This document shows, piece after piece, positions 9,729 to 18,825 of a DNA stretch of 64,000 nucleotides. The translations under genes and the position numbers were made by a program. Origin of the DNA: an uncultured Gammaproteobacteria bacterium (lineage in GTDB: Bacteria; Patescibacteriota; Microgenomatia; UBA12405). The notes beneath the pieces are model-generated. The model ran no database searches. It had not been told where the DNA came from and saw only the letters and a program-made list of their open reading frames with translations. The stretch is from assembly GCA_964448705.1 (NCBI GenBank), contig CAYUZS010000001.1, positions 45,601 through 109,600 on the forward strand. The letters run 5' to 3'. The number at the start of each line of letters is the position of its first letter. Position 1 is the stretch's first letter.

Positions 9729-10097
9729 TTAGTAGACCTCTTTGGCCATGGAAGCTATCTTATTGAAGCCTAAATCTTTAACTTCACGGGCAATCGGCCC
9801 AAAAATTCTGGTGCCGCGAGGATTGTTTTGAGAATCAATAATTACGCCGGCGTTATCGGAAAAGCGAATAAAGGAACCGTCTTTACGACCAATTTCCTTT
9901 CGGGTACGGACAATAATCATTTTTACTTTATCTTTTTTCTTGACTACACCGGAGGGAATAGCATCCTTAACAACGGCCATAACAATATCACCGATTCCGG
10001 CTTGTTTATGAGAGCTACCTTTGTAGATGTGCATAACCATGACGGACTTTGCACCACAATTGTCAGCTGGTTTGATAATGGAACGTAATTGCAACAT
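9729..10097 (-). CDS. rplN: 50S ribosomal protein L14
   Basis: The protein is 122 aa with an L14 profile (DNCGAK......IKG.....A.IGDI). Confidence 0.95.
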   Translation of the reverse strand: MLQLRSIIKPADNCGAKSVMVMHIYKGSSHKQAGIGDIVMAVVKDAIPSGVVKKKDKVKMIIVRTRKEIGRKDGSFIRFSDNAGVIIDSQNNPRGTRIFGPIAREVKDLGFNKIASMAKEVY

Positions 10098-10099
10098 AA

Positions 10100-10348
10100 T
10101 TAGTTTTTCTTAACGATTTCAACAGTAGTAAATCTTTTTAACTTGCTAAGAGGTCGGGTTTCCCGAACTTTAACAGTGTCACCAACTTTAGCAGAAAGGT
10201 TGTTTTCTGAGTATATTTTTTTGTTTTTCTTGACAATTTTTTTATAAAGAGGGTGACGACTAGTGTAGCTAAGAGAAATGACCAAAGTGTTTGTCATTTT
10301 GTCAGAGACGACGATACCGGTAAATGTTTTTCCTGTTTTATTGATCAT
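10100..10348 (-). CDS. rpsQ: 30S ribosomal protein S17
   Basis: The protein is 82 aa with an OB-fold S17 sequence (GIVVSDKM.....V......HP.Y.K). Confidence 0.93.
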   Translation of the reverse strand: MINKTGKTFTGIVVSDKMTNTLVISLSYTSRHPLYKKIVKKNKKIYSENNLSAKVGDTVKVRETRPLSKLKRFTTVEIVKKN

Positions 10349-10535
10349 TTTCGTTTAACAAAGTCGAGATGAAGGAAATCTCGTAACTAATTTTTTTAAA
10401 GACGGAAGTGTCTTTTTGATTGCCAGTAAGGTATTTGGCTTTAGATTCAACCAATTTCTTTTTTAGATCAATCAAAAGTTTTTGGAGCTCCTCTCGGGAC
10501 TTTTGTCTGTAGGAGATTTTATCAGTTTTTTTCAT
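10338..10535 (-). CDS. rpmC: 50S ribosomal protein L29
   Basis: The protein is 65 aa and helical. It sits between rplP and rpsQ. Confidence 0.85.
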   Translation of the reverse strand: MKKTDKISYRQKSREELQKLLIDLKKKLVESKAKYLTGNQKDTSVFKKISYEISFISTLLNENDQ

Positions 10536-10550
10536 AAATTCCAGCTTTAA

Positions 10551-10955
10551 TTAAGCTCTTTTTACAATTTTAGTAACTACCGGTAGTTTAGCAGAGGCTA
10601 AAGTTAAAGCCCGATGAGCTTCGACTTCAGGAACACCGGCAACTTCGAACATAATTCTTCCGGGACGAACTACGCAAACATAGCCCTTAACATCACCTTT
10701 TCCGGCACCTAAAGGAGCGCCGGCACCTTTTTCAGTAAAAGGTTTGTCGGGGAAAACACGAAGCCAGGTGCGACCATTTCTTTTAGTAGCATGAGCGATT
10801 GCCCGACGGGCGGCTTCGATTTGATTGGCGGTTAACCAACCACATTCCATAGCTTTTAATCCATAATCTCCAAATTCAACCATATAACCTTGGGAAAGAC
10901 CATGCATTCGACCACGAAATTGTTTTCTGTATTTTGTACGGCTGGGTTGCAACAT
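10551..10955 (-). CDS. rplP: 50S ribosomal protein L16
   Basis: The protein is 134 aa. The N-terminus MLQPSRTKYRKQFRGRM is a typical L16 start. Confidence 0.95.
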   Translation of the reverse strand: MLQPSRTKYRKQFRGRMHGLSQGYMVEFGDYGLKAMECGWLTANQIEAARRAIAHATKRNGRTWLRVFPDKPFTEKGAGAPLGAGKGDVKGYVCVVRPGRIMFEVAGVPEVEAHRALTLASAKLPVVTKIVKRA

Positions 10956-10959
10956 AATT

Positions 10960-11601
10960 TTAAGCTAAACAAAGGTAAACTTTAACACCGATATAACCTG
11001 ATCTGGTAAGAGAAGGACATTCGGCATAATCGATTTTTGATTTTATAGTGGAAAGAGGAACTTTACCCTGAGAAAATTTTTCCCGACGGCTGATTTCAGC
11101 ACCGTTGATACGTCCGGAAAGAATAATCTTGATGCCTTTGGCACCGGCAGCCATTGATTTTTCCATAGAGGAAAGAACTACCCGACGATAGGGCATTCTT
11201 TTAGTAAGTTGGAAAGCAATTTTTTCAGCAATTAATTTAGCAGAAAGATCAAAATGTTTAAATTCTTCAACCTGAATATCGATATTTTGTTTACCGCTTT
11301 CTTTGGAAATCAGTTTTAAAACATCTTTTTTAATGGCTTCTAATTCTTTACCACCGCGACCGATTACTAAACCAGGACGGGAAACGACTAACGTTAATTT
11401 AATCTTTTTGACAGATCTCTCGATGTGAACAGAAACGATTCCGGCAGCGTTTAATTTTTTTTGCAAAAAATCACGAATTTTCTTGTCTTCCATCAGGAAG
11501 ATGGCATACTTTTTCTTTTCAGCATACCAGGAAGAAAGCCATTCCGGGCTGTTCTTGACGGTTTCGAGTCTGAATGAGATTGGATTAACTTTTTGACCCA
11601 T
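10960..11601 (-). CDS. rpsC: 30S ribosomal protein S3
   Basis: The protein is 213 aa. The N-terminus MGQKVNPISFRL and the KH domain are S3 features. Confidence 0.95.
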   Translation of the reverse strand: MGQKVNPISFRLETVKNSPEWLSSWYAEKKKYAIFLMEDKKIRDFLQKKLNAAGIVSVHIERSVKKIKLTLVVSRPGLVIGRGGKELEAIKKDVLKLISKESGKQNIDIQVEEFKHFDLSAKLIAEKIAFQLTKRMPYRRVVLSSMEKSMAAGAKGIKIILSGRINGAEISRREKFSQGKVPLSTIKSKIDYAECPSLTRSGYIGVKVYLCLA

Positions 11602-11638
11602 AATAATATGATTTTAATTTCAAATTTAAAATTTTAAA

Positions 11639-12142
11639 TTAACTTTGTATTGTACCAGATAAAACAATAACCAGACGACTATGACGTTTCTGAATAATTC
11701 CCCTGGCAAACCGGGAACCATGAGATTTGTCCATTCTTTTGATTTTCATGCCTTCATCAACCCGGAATTCACCGAATTTTAGTGATTGAGGCAATAATTT
11801 GTAGTTATGAACAGCTGAAGCAATAGCGTCTTCGACACATTTGGCAAGAATTCTGGCGGCATTGGAGTTGGTGAATTTTAGACGAACCACAACTTCGGAA
11901 GGATTCATTTTTTTAATTTCGCTAACAACCAAACGTAGTTTGCGGGGAGATACTTTCAAATTTTTATTGATATATCGGGCCGAACCAAGACTGGTTGCCG
12001 GCATTTCTGTCTTTTTTTCGACAGCAGTTTTAACTTTTGTTGTTTTAACTTTAGTTGTTTTAGCATCCAGTTTAACCACCGGGGCTTTTTTAGCCAGAGT
12101 GACCTTAGCGGGAGTAGTTTTTTTAGTTTCAATTTTGGCCAT
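11639..12142 (-). CDS. rplV: 50S ribosomal protein L22, with a ~45 aa Lys/Thr/Ala-rich N-terminal extension
   Basis: The L22 core starts at MPATSLGSARY... The long form starts only 5 nt after the rpsS stop, which is operon-like spacing and favours the extended start. The extension is repetitive and basic (TTKVKTTKVKT). Confidence 0.85.
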   Translation of the reverse strand: MAKIETKKTTPAKVTLAKKAPVVKLDAKTTKVKTTKVKTAVEKKTEMPATSLGSARYINKNLKVSPRKLRLVVSEIKKMNPSEVVVRLKFTNSNAARILAKCVEDAIASAVHNYKLLPQSLKFGEFRVDEGMKIKRMDKSHGSRFARGIIQKRHSRLVIVLSGTIQS

Positions 12143-12147
12143 ATTAA

Positions 12148-12423
12148 TTAGGTTTTCTCTATAACTCTCTTAACAACACGTCCATGACCTTTGAAAGTCC
12201 TGGTGGCGGCAAATTCACCAAAATAGTGACCGACCATATCTTCGGTGACATAAACATTGATAAATTTGTGACCATTGTGAACGGAAAAATTACGACCGAC
12301 AAATTCCGGAGCGATTTGGCTTTTTCGGGCATATGTCTTGATAGCATCGGTGCCGGTGGTTTTAGAAACCTTCTTTTGGAGATTGGCGTCGATGTATGGA
12401 CCTTTTTTTGAACTTCTTGACAT
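12148..12423 (-). CDS. rpsS: 30S ribosomal protein S19
   Basis: The protein is 91 aa. [12 protein letters not shown] and GHKF..V.VTE...GH..GEF are S19 signatures. Confidence 0.95.
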   Translation of the reverse strand: MSRSSKKGPYIDANLQKKVSKTTGTDAIKTYARKSQIAPEFVGRNFSVHNGHKFINVYVTEDMVGHYFGEFAATRTFKGHGRVVKRVIEKT

Positions 12424-12443
12424 AAGTTTCTAGTTAGAAAAAA

Positions 12444-13190
12444 TTATTTTTTTCTCCGTTGAACTATTAAACGATTGGAAGCTTTTTTACGGGAACGGGT
12501 GCGTTTACCCATAGCCGGTTTACCCCAAGGTGTCTTAGGATTCATACCAATTGATGATTTACCTTCTCCACCTCCGTGCGGATGAGAGTAAGGATTCTGA
12601 GCCACTCCGCGAACACCCGGTCTGAATCCCCGATGACGGGAATCTCCGGCTTTAACTAATTTTTCGTTGGAATGTTCAATATTACTGACCTGGCCGATAG
12701 TGGCAAAGGCAGTTCCCGGGAAAATTCTTAATTCTCCGGAGGGAAGTTTGATGGTAACTTTATTGTTATCTATGCTTTGAATATAGGCGGATGATCCGGC
12801 ACTTTTTACCATCTGAGCACCTTTTCCGGGTTGAAATTCCAAAGCGTGAATCGGGACACCGACAGGAATATTTTTAAGAGGCAAACGATTGCCATCTTTA
12901 ATCGGAGCGGATTCGGAGGTAATAATAATATCGTTTACTTTTAAGTTGGAAGTAGCCAAAATATAGGTTTTAGTACCATCCTCGTAGACAACAAGGGCTA
13001 ATTGAGCAGTGCGACCGGGGTCGTACTCAATAGAGGTAACTTTAGCTTTGATATCGAGTTTATTTCTTTTCCAGTCTACCAAACGAAGAAAACGCTTTTG
13101 TTCTCCACCGCGATGACGGACAGAAATATGCCCCTGGGAATCACGACCGGAGCGTTTCTTTTTGATAGTTAATAAATGTCTGTTTTTCAT
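12444..13190 (-). CDS. rplB: 50S ribosomal protein L2
   Basis: The protein is 248 aa with an L2 C-terminal signature (GVAQNPYSHPHGGGEGK). Confidence 0.95.
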   Translation of the reverse strand: MKNRHLLTIKKKRSGRDSQGHISVRHRGGEQKRFLRLVDWKRNKLDIKAKVTSIEYDPGRTAQLALVVYEDGTKTYILATSNLKVNDIIITSESAPIKDGNRLPLKNIPVGVPIHALEFQPGKGAQMVKSAGSSAYIQSIDNNKVTIKLPSGELRIFPGTAFATIGQVSNIEHSNEKLVKAGDSRHRGFRPGVRGVAQNPYSHPHGGGEGKSSIGMNPKTPWGKPAMGKRTRSRKKASNRLIVQRRKK

Positions 13191-13492
13191 TTTTGTTTTA
13201 GATGTAATATATCAAGTTTTTGATCCTTATCAAGAACAACAATGGCTTTTTTACGGTCAGATTTTTGAATCGGCATTCTTTTTTTCCAGTCGGTCTTAAT
13301 TTTTCCCCACTGTTTTGTAGTACGGACAGCTTTTGGTTTGACGGAAAAAACAGATTCAACTGCCTGAGCGATTTGATTTTTATTGGCTGAAAGTTTTACC
13401 CAAAAAGTATAGATACCTTTTGATTGAGCGAGAATTGATTTCTCGGTGACAATCGGGCCGATAATAATTTTTTCAGGATGAATATTGGTCAT
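13187..13492 (-). CDS. rplW: 50S ribosomal protein L23
   Basis: The protein is 101 aa and sits between rplD and rplB. Its profile is L23-like. Confidence 0.9.
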   Translation of the reverse strand: MTNIHPEKIIIGPIVTEKSILAQSKGIYTFWVKLSANKNQIAQAVESVFSVKPKAVRTTKQWGKIKTDWKKRMPIQKSDRKKAIVVLDKDQKLDILHLKQK

Positions 13493-13493
13493 A

Positions 13494-14129
13494 TTATTTT
13501 AATGATTCAATTGCTTTTTGAGAAAATATCAAAAAGTTTTGATTAGATAAATCAATGGTATTTAGAGATTTAGTAGACAGTAAGGTGAATCCGGCGATAT
13601 TACGAAAGCCCCGAATAACATTGTCACTGGCAACGTCGGTAATGATACCAATTTTTTTGCTTTTAGCCAGAGTCTGATTGTCTTTTTCGAGCAAATCAAT
13701 AAAATTCCAAGCCTGTTTGGTTTTAGGTTCTAAATCTTTGAAATCTTCGATTACTAAAAGAGACTTTTCTTCTGCAAAGTGAGAAAGCAGGGAATTTAAG
13801 GCTAATCTTTTGGTCTTTTTATTTAGTTCAAGAGAGAAATTTTGATTCCCCTGAGGACCATGGACACTACCTCCGCCGACAAAGATACCGACTTTAGCGG
13901 TACTATGTCTGGCACGACCGGTACCTTTTTGAGCCCACATTTTTTTGGTGGTGCCGGCAACCTCGCCGCGATCTTTGACTTTAGCAGCGGCGGATCGACG
14001 ATTGGCCAAATAAACACGAATTGACTGAGCAATTAATTTAGGAGAATATTTGACTTCAAAAACACTCTTAGAGAGTGTGATCTCTTTAATTTTTTCACCT
14101 TTCAAATTGTAAAGTGGTGCTTTAATCAT
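13494..14129 (-). CDS. rplD: 50S ribosomal protein L4
   Basis: The protein is 211 aa with L4 motifs (KKMW.QKGTGRAR). Confidence 0.93.
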   Translation of the reverse strand: MIKAPLYNLKGEKIKEITLSKSVFEVKYSPKLIAQSIRVYLANRRSAAAKVKDRGEVAGTTKKMWAQKGTGRARHSTAKVGIFVGGGSVHGPQGNQNFSLELNKKTKRLALNSLLSHFAEEKSLLVIEDFKDLEPKTKQAWNFIDLLEKDNQTLAKSKKIGIITDVASDNVIRGFRNIAGFTLLSTKSLNTIDLSNQNFLIFSQKAIESLK

Positions 14130-14134
14130 AATTT

Positions 14135-14755
14135 TTAAGATTTCTTAATAGTTATCCAGGAATTTAAGTGTCCAGGAACTGAACCGGTAACAAAAATTTC
14201 GTTGTTTTCCGGATTAACGGAGTAAACTTTGAGTCCGGAAACATTGGCGGTAGCATTACCGTAGTGTCCAGGCATCTTTTTACCTTTAATGACTTTACCG
14301 GGTGTTTGAGCACCGATAGCTCCGGGAGCACGAACACGATCGGATTGACCGCCGGATACAGGCTGTCTTTGAAAACCGTATCTTTTAATAACTCCGGCAA
14401 AACCGCGACCCTTAGAAGTACCAACGACATCAATTTGATCACCGGCAGTAAAAACATCTTCAATTTTGATAGCAGTACCAATTTCGGGAAGAGTTTCAGT
14501 GGTAGGAGCAAATTCAGCAAAATATTGTGGTTTAATGTCCAATTTCAATTTAGAAATCTTTTTGGAAGTAGACTGATCTAAATTTTTCTTGGTACCATAG
14601 GCAATTTGTATGGCTTGATAGCCATCTTTGTCGATGGTTTTAATCTGAGTAACAATCAGGGGTTTAACCACACATTTGGTAACAGAAATTCTTTTACCTT
14701 CTGGGGTGTAGAGACTGGTCATTTGACCTTTTTTAGCGATAAATCCGGAAATCAT
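14135..14755 (-). CDS. rplC: 50S ribosomal protein L3
   Basis: The protein is 206 aa with L3 motifs (GRGFAGVIKR..F...P..GG). Confidence 0.93.
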   Translation of the reverse strand: MISGFIAKKGQMTSLYTPEGKRISVTKCVVKPLIVTQIKTIDKDGYQAIQIAYGTKKNLDQSTSKKISKLKLDIKPQYFAEFAPTTETLPEIGTAIKIEDVFTAGDQIDVVGTSKGRGFAGVIKRYGFQRQPVSGGQSDRVRAPGAIGAQTPGKVIKGKKMPGHYGNATANVSGLKVYSVNPENNEIFVTGSVPGHLNSWITIKKS

Positions 14756-14757
14756 AA

Positions 14758-15069
14758 TTACATCTTAACTTCTATTTCGACACCAGAGGGAAGATCCAAA
14801 TGTTGGAGGCTATCTACGGTACGAAGACTAGTATCAGAAATATCGATTAAACGCTTGTGGGTGAGAACTTGGTAGTGGTCACGAGCGTTCTTGTCGGTAT
14901 GAGGACTAGTTAAAACAGTAATAATTTTGCGATCAGTAGGCAAAGGGATAGGTCCTTGAACAGTGGCACCGGCAGTAACAGCAGCGTCAACAATTTTGTT
15001 GGCGGCTTGGTCGATGATTCGATGATCAAACGACTTAAGTCTGATTCTAATTCGATTACCCTTAGCCAT
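14758..15069 (-). CDS. rpsJ: 30S ribosomal protein S10
   Basis: The protein is 103 aa and is the first gene of the S10 operon. RIRIRLKSFDHRIID is the S10 signature. Confidence 0.95.
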   Translation of the reverse strand: MAKGNRIRIRLKSFDHRIIDQAANKIVDAAVTAGATVQGPIPLPTDRKIITVLTSPHTDKNARDHYQVLTHKRLIDISDTSLRTVDSLQHLDLPSGVEIEVKM

Positions 15070-15120
15070 ATTTTTAATTTTTAATTTAAATTTTAATTTT
15101 TAAAATTATTCTTAACAGAA

Positions 15121-15142
15121 CCCTCCGATATGCATCGGAGGG
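15121..15142 (-). terminator. GC-rich hairpin between tuf and rpsJ: candidate tuf terminator or S10-operon leader attenuator
   Basis: CCCTCCGAT-atgc-ATCGGAGGG is a perfect 9 bp stem with a 4 nt loop. It lies 15 nt downstream of the tuf stop. On the minus strand it is followed by TTCTGTT, which is only moderately U-rich. Confidence 0.45.
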
Positions 15143-15157
15143 CTACATAAAAACAAT

Positions 15158-16330
15158 TTATTTTATGATTTCTGTAATAGCTCCAGCACCGACGGTTAAA
15201 CCGCCTTCACGAATAGCGAAACGGAAACCTTTTTCCATGGCTACTGGTTTAATTAATTTGATGATAACATCGGCATTATCTCCTGGCATGACCATTTCCA
15301 TACCTTCAGGAAGAGTGACATCTCCGGTAACATCAGTAGTTCTGATGAAGACCTGAGGTCGGTATCCGGTAAAGATAGGAGTGTGGCGACCACCTTCTTC
15401 TTTTTTAAGAAGAAGTACCTGAGCTTTGAACTCGGTATGAGGAGTAATGGTTCCCGGTTTGGACAAAACTTGGCCCCTTTCAATATCGTCTTTTTCGATA
15501 CCGCGAAGAAGAATACCAACATTGTCGCCAGCTTGACCTTGATCAAGTTGTTTGTGGAACATTTCAACACCGGTAACAACAGCTTTTTTAGTATCTCTAA
15601 GTCCGACGATTTCGACTTCATCGTTAATCTTAACGATTCCCCTTTCAATTCTACCGGTAGCAACTGTGCCACGGCCTTTGATAGAGAAGACATCCTCGAT
15701 CGGCATTAAGAAAGGCTGATCAAGTTCACGCTTAGGTTCAGGAATATAAGAATCCAAAGCTTCCATCAATTTCTTGATAGATTCAACACCTTCGGCTTCG
15801 TCATTAAGAGCTTTAAGAGCGGAACCGCGGATGATAGGAACTTCATCACCGGGATAACCGTATTTGGTAAGAAGATCACGAACTTCCATTTCGACCAGGT
15901 CGAGGAATTCAGGATCGGTAACCAAATCACATTTGTTTAAGAAAACAACCAAAGCCGGAACGTTAACCTGTTTGGCCAAAAGAACGTGTTCTCTGGTTTG
16001 AGGCATCGGACCATCTGGAGCCGAAACAACCAAAATAGCACCATCCATCTGAGCAGCACCGGTGATCATGTTTTTAACATAATCTGCATGTCCCGGACAG
16101 TCGATGTGGGCATAATGACGTTTCTCAGTTTCGTATTCGATATGAGAAATAGCGATAGTGACGATTTTAGAAGCATCACGAACGGTACCGCCCTTAGCGA
16201 TATCGGCATATGATTTAGGATTTCCCTGAACTTTAGCAATAGCAGCAGTAAGTGTAGTTTTTCCATGATCAACGTGACCAATAGTACCGACGTTAACATG
16301 GGGTTTATTTCTTTGATAAGAATCAGCCAT
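15158..16330 (-). CDS. tuf: Elongation factor Tu
   Basis: The start is at [27 protein letters not shown] (cat at 16328-16330). The protein is 390 aa with the full EF-Tu G domain and domains II and III. Confidence 0.97.
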   Translation of the reverse strand: MADSYQRNKPHVNVGTIGHVDHGKTTLTAAIAKVQGNPKSYADIAKGGTVRDASKIVTIAISHIEYETEKRHYAHIDCPGHADYVKNMITGAAQMDGAILVVSAPDGPMPQTREHVLLAKQVNVPALVVFLNKCDLVTDPEFLDLVEMEVRDLLTKYGYPGDEVPIIRGSALKALNDEAEGVESIKKLMEALDSYIPEPKRELDQPFLMPIEDVFSIKGRGTVATGRIERGIVKINDEVEIVGLRDTKKAVVTGVEMFHKQLDQGQAGDNVGILLRGIEKDDIERGQVLSKPGTITPHTEFKAQVLLLKKEEGGRHTPIFTGYRPQVFIRTTDVTGDVTLPEGMEMVMPGDNADVIIKLIKPVAMEKGFRFAIREGGLTVGAGAITEIIK

Positions 16331-16422
16331 TTTTTCTCCTTTTTTTATTTGTCTTTTAGACAGGTTCTCCCGCATTCGCGGGAAAAAAATTTAACAATTA
16401 ATTATAGCTAAAACGCTTTAAG

Positions 16423-16451
16423 ATTGTATCAGTAAGATATTGGCTTTGCAA
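16423..16451 (-). promoter_or_regulatory. Candidate promoter upstream of tuf (TTGCAA-N17-TACAAT, with TGn extended -10)
   Basis: The minus strand reads TTGCAAagccaatatcttacTGaTACAAT. It lies about 95 nt upstream of the tuf ATG, inside the fusA-tuf intergenic region. Confidence 0.4.
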
Positions 16452-16507
16452 GGCGGAAAATAAGCAAATTTTGCCATATCCCACTGAAGGGTGTCGATAA
16501 GTATTGG

Positions 16508-18616
16508 TTATTCCTTACCGGCAGTCTTAATAGTTAGTTTTTCTTGGATTTCACGAGGAACCGGATCGTAGTGTGACGGTTCAATGTAAAATGATCCACG
16601 ACCTTGAGTTAAACTACGAATGACAGTGGCATAACCCCTGACAGCATCCAACGGCACAAAGGCGAGGATGGTAGTAAAACCAAAAGCATCAGTTGTACCA
16701 TTGATTTGTCCACGACGTCCGGACAAATCTCCGATAACAGTACCCAAAAATTCTGAAGGTGTGGCCACCTCCATTTTCATGATAGGTTCCAAGACCAAAG
16801 GTCGGGCGGCCTCAACGGCATTCCTAATGGCATAAGCACCAGCTAATTTAAAGGCAGCTTCGGAAGAATCGACTTCATGATAGGAACCATCATAAACAGT
16901 AACTTTAAGGTCGGTACATGGATATCCGGCAATAATGCCTTTCAAAAGTGTTTCTTTGACTCCTTTTTCAATAGCGGGAACAAAGTTGGCAGGAATTACT
17001 CCTCCCTTAATACCATTCACAAATTCGACGCCTTCACCTCTGTTTTTAGGTTCAATTTTGATTTTACAATGTCCGTATTGACCATGACCTCCTGACTGGT
17101 GAATATATTTACCCTCACCTTCGGCATTTTGCGAAATAGTTTCCCGATAGGCAACCTGAGGAGCGCCGGTTTTAACACCGACATTAAATTCACGGCGAAG
17201 ACGATCCACAATAATATCGAGATATAGTTCACCCATACCGGCAATAATAGTCTGTCCGGTTTCCTGATTGTAGGTAACTTGAAAAGTTGGATCTTCAATG
17301 GCTAAACGGTTAAGGGCTGAACCCATTTTTTCCTGATCATCTGAGGTTTCAGGTTCAATCGAGAGTGAAATAACCGGATCAGCAAATTGAATCGGAGACA
17401 ATGAAATTTGAGAATTTCGATCACAAAGAGTATCGCCGGTTGTTGATTCTTTCAAACCGATACAGGCAATAATTTCTCCGGCAAAACCTTCTTCAATTCC
17501 TTCACGCTTGTCGGCATGCATTAAGAGCAAACGACCAATACGTTCAGTTTTTTGTTTGGTGGCATTGTAGACTTCTGAACCGGCTTTAATAGTACCGGAG
17601 TAAACGCGGATATAAGAGAGAGTGCCAACGTGAGCATCTGATTGAACTTTAAATAGCAAAGCTGAAAGAGGTTCATTTTTTAATGGTTTTCTGGTTATTT
17701 TTTCCTGAGTGTTGATATCAAAACCTTCAACCGGAGGCAAGTCTAAAGGTGAAGGCAGATAATCGACAATGGCATCCAAAATCGGATGAATACCTTTATT
17801 TCTCCAAGCAGCACCGCAAAAAACAGGGAAAAGACGACGATCAATGGTGGCCTGACGGAGAACAGCCTTTAATTCGGGAACAGATATTTCCTCATCATTA
17901 AGGAATTTTTCCATTAGTTTTTCATCTTCACCGGCGATTTTTTCGACCATTGAAGCTCTGGCTTTGGCGACAGCATCCTGATATTCCGGAGATACTTCTT
18001 TAATAGTGAACTCCATACCTTCTTCGTCTTTGTCATAAACAATCATTTTCTGGGCCATCAGATCGATGACTCCCATGAAATCATGTTCTTCACCAATAGG
18101 CAGAACCATAGGAATGATAGGAGCATGAAGTTTTTGAGTGATGGAATCGAGGGTGCTTTGAAAAGAAGCACCGATTTTATCCATTTTATTTACAAAGGCG
18201 ATTCGGGGAACACCATACTTATCAGCCTGACGCCAAACAGTTTCGGATTGAGCCTGAACACCGGCGTTGCCGTCAAAAATCATGATGGCACCATCAAGAA
18301 CGCGGAGTGATCTTTCGACTTCGGCAGTAAAATCAACGTGTCCCGGAGTGTCGATAATATTGACACGATAATCATGCCAAAAAGTAGTGACACATGCAGA
18401 CTGGATGGTAATACCCCGCTCACGTTCCTGAACCATAGTGTCAGTAGTAGTGGTGCCGGCATCGACAGAACCAATTTTATGGATGTTTCCGGTATAAAAA
18501 AGAAGACGTTCAGTGGTGGTGGTTTTTCCTCCGTCAATGTGAGCAATAATTCCTATATTTCGGACTTTTTCCATAGGAACATCACGGTTTTTGGTAAGTT
18601 TAATAGCGTCAGCCAT
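16508..18616 (-). CDS. fusA: Elongation factor G
   Basis: The protein is 702 aa with G domain motifs AHIDGGKTT and DTPGHVDF, and domains II to V. Confidence 0.97.
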   Translation of the reverse strand: MADAIKLTKNRDVPMEKVRNIGIIAHIDGGKTTTTERLLFYTGNIHKIGSVDAGTTTTDTMVQERERGITIQSACVTTFWHDYRVNIIDTPGHVDFTAEVERSLRVLDGAIMIFDGNAGVQAQSETVWRQADKYGVPRIAFVNKMDKIGASFQSTLDSITQKLHAPIIPMVLPIGEEHDFMGVIDLMAQKMIVYDKDEEGMEFTIKEVSPEYQDAVAKARASMVEKIAGEDEKLMEKFLNDEEISVPELKAVLRQATIDRRLFPVFCGAAWRNKGIHPILDAIVDYLPSPLDLPPVEGFDINTQEKITRKPLKNEPLSALLFKVQSDAHVGTLSYIRVYSGTIKAGSEVYNATKQKTERIGRLLLMHADKREGIEEGFAGEIIACIGLKESTTGDTLCDRNSQISLSPIQFADPVISLSIEPETSDDQEKMGSALNRLAIEDPTFQVTYNQETGQTIIAGMGELYLDIIVDRLRREFNVGVKTGAPQVAYRETISQNAEGEGKYIHQSGGHGQYGHCKIKIEPKNRGEGVEFVNGIKGGVIPANFVPAIEKGVKETLLKGIIAGYPCTDLKVTVYDGSYHEVDSSEAAFKLAGAYAIRNAVEAARPLVLEPIMKMEVATPSEFLGTVIGDLSGRRGQINGTTDAFGFTTILAFVPLDAVRGYATVIRSLTQGRGSFYIEPSHYDPVPREIQEKLTIKTAGKE

Positions 18617-18717
18617 ATTGTTTAAATCTTCCCTGCATCCCTTCTTACAAAATCAGTTTTCCGATTTTGAACAGAGAAAAAAGCAATTTAGATGTTTAAA
18701 TATAATTTATAAATTAA

Positions 18718-18743
18718 AAAACGGGCATAAATATCCCCGTTTT
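18718..18743 (-). terminator. Hairpin upstream of fusA: possible minus-strand terminator or insulator
   Basis: AAAACGGG-(10 nt loop)-CCCGTTTT is an 8 bp stem. On the minus strand it is followed by TTAATTTATAAATT. It lies about 100 nt upstream of the fusA ATG, at the boundary of the inserted rfb block. Confidence 0.35.
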
Positions 18744-18825
18744 CGGATGGATTTATGATATCACAGCTAAATAAAATTAGGAAGAGAATTCAATAGACAA
18801 AACTTTGAACAGTTATAATAGTAAT

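Noticed and set aside
16360-16390. Hairpin CCCGCattcGCGGG just upstream of tuf, as a terminator
   Set aside because: A 5 bp stem with no U-run on the minus strand and an A-run on the plus strand is not a convincing intrinsic terminator in either direction. I kept only the promoter candidate nearby.
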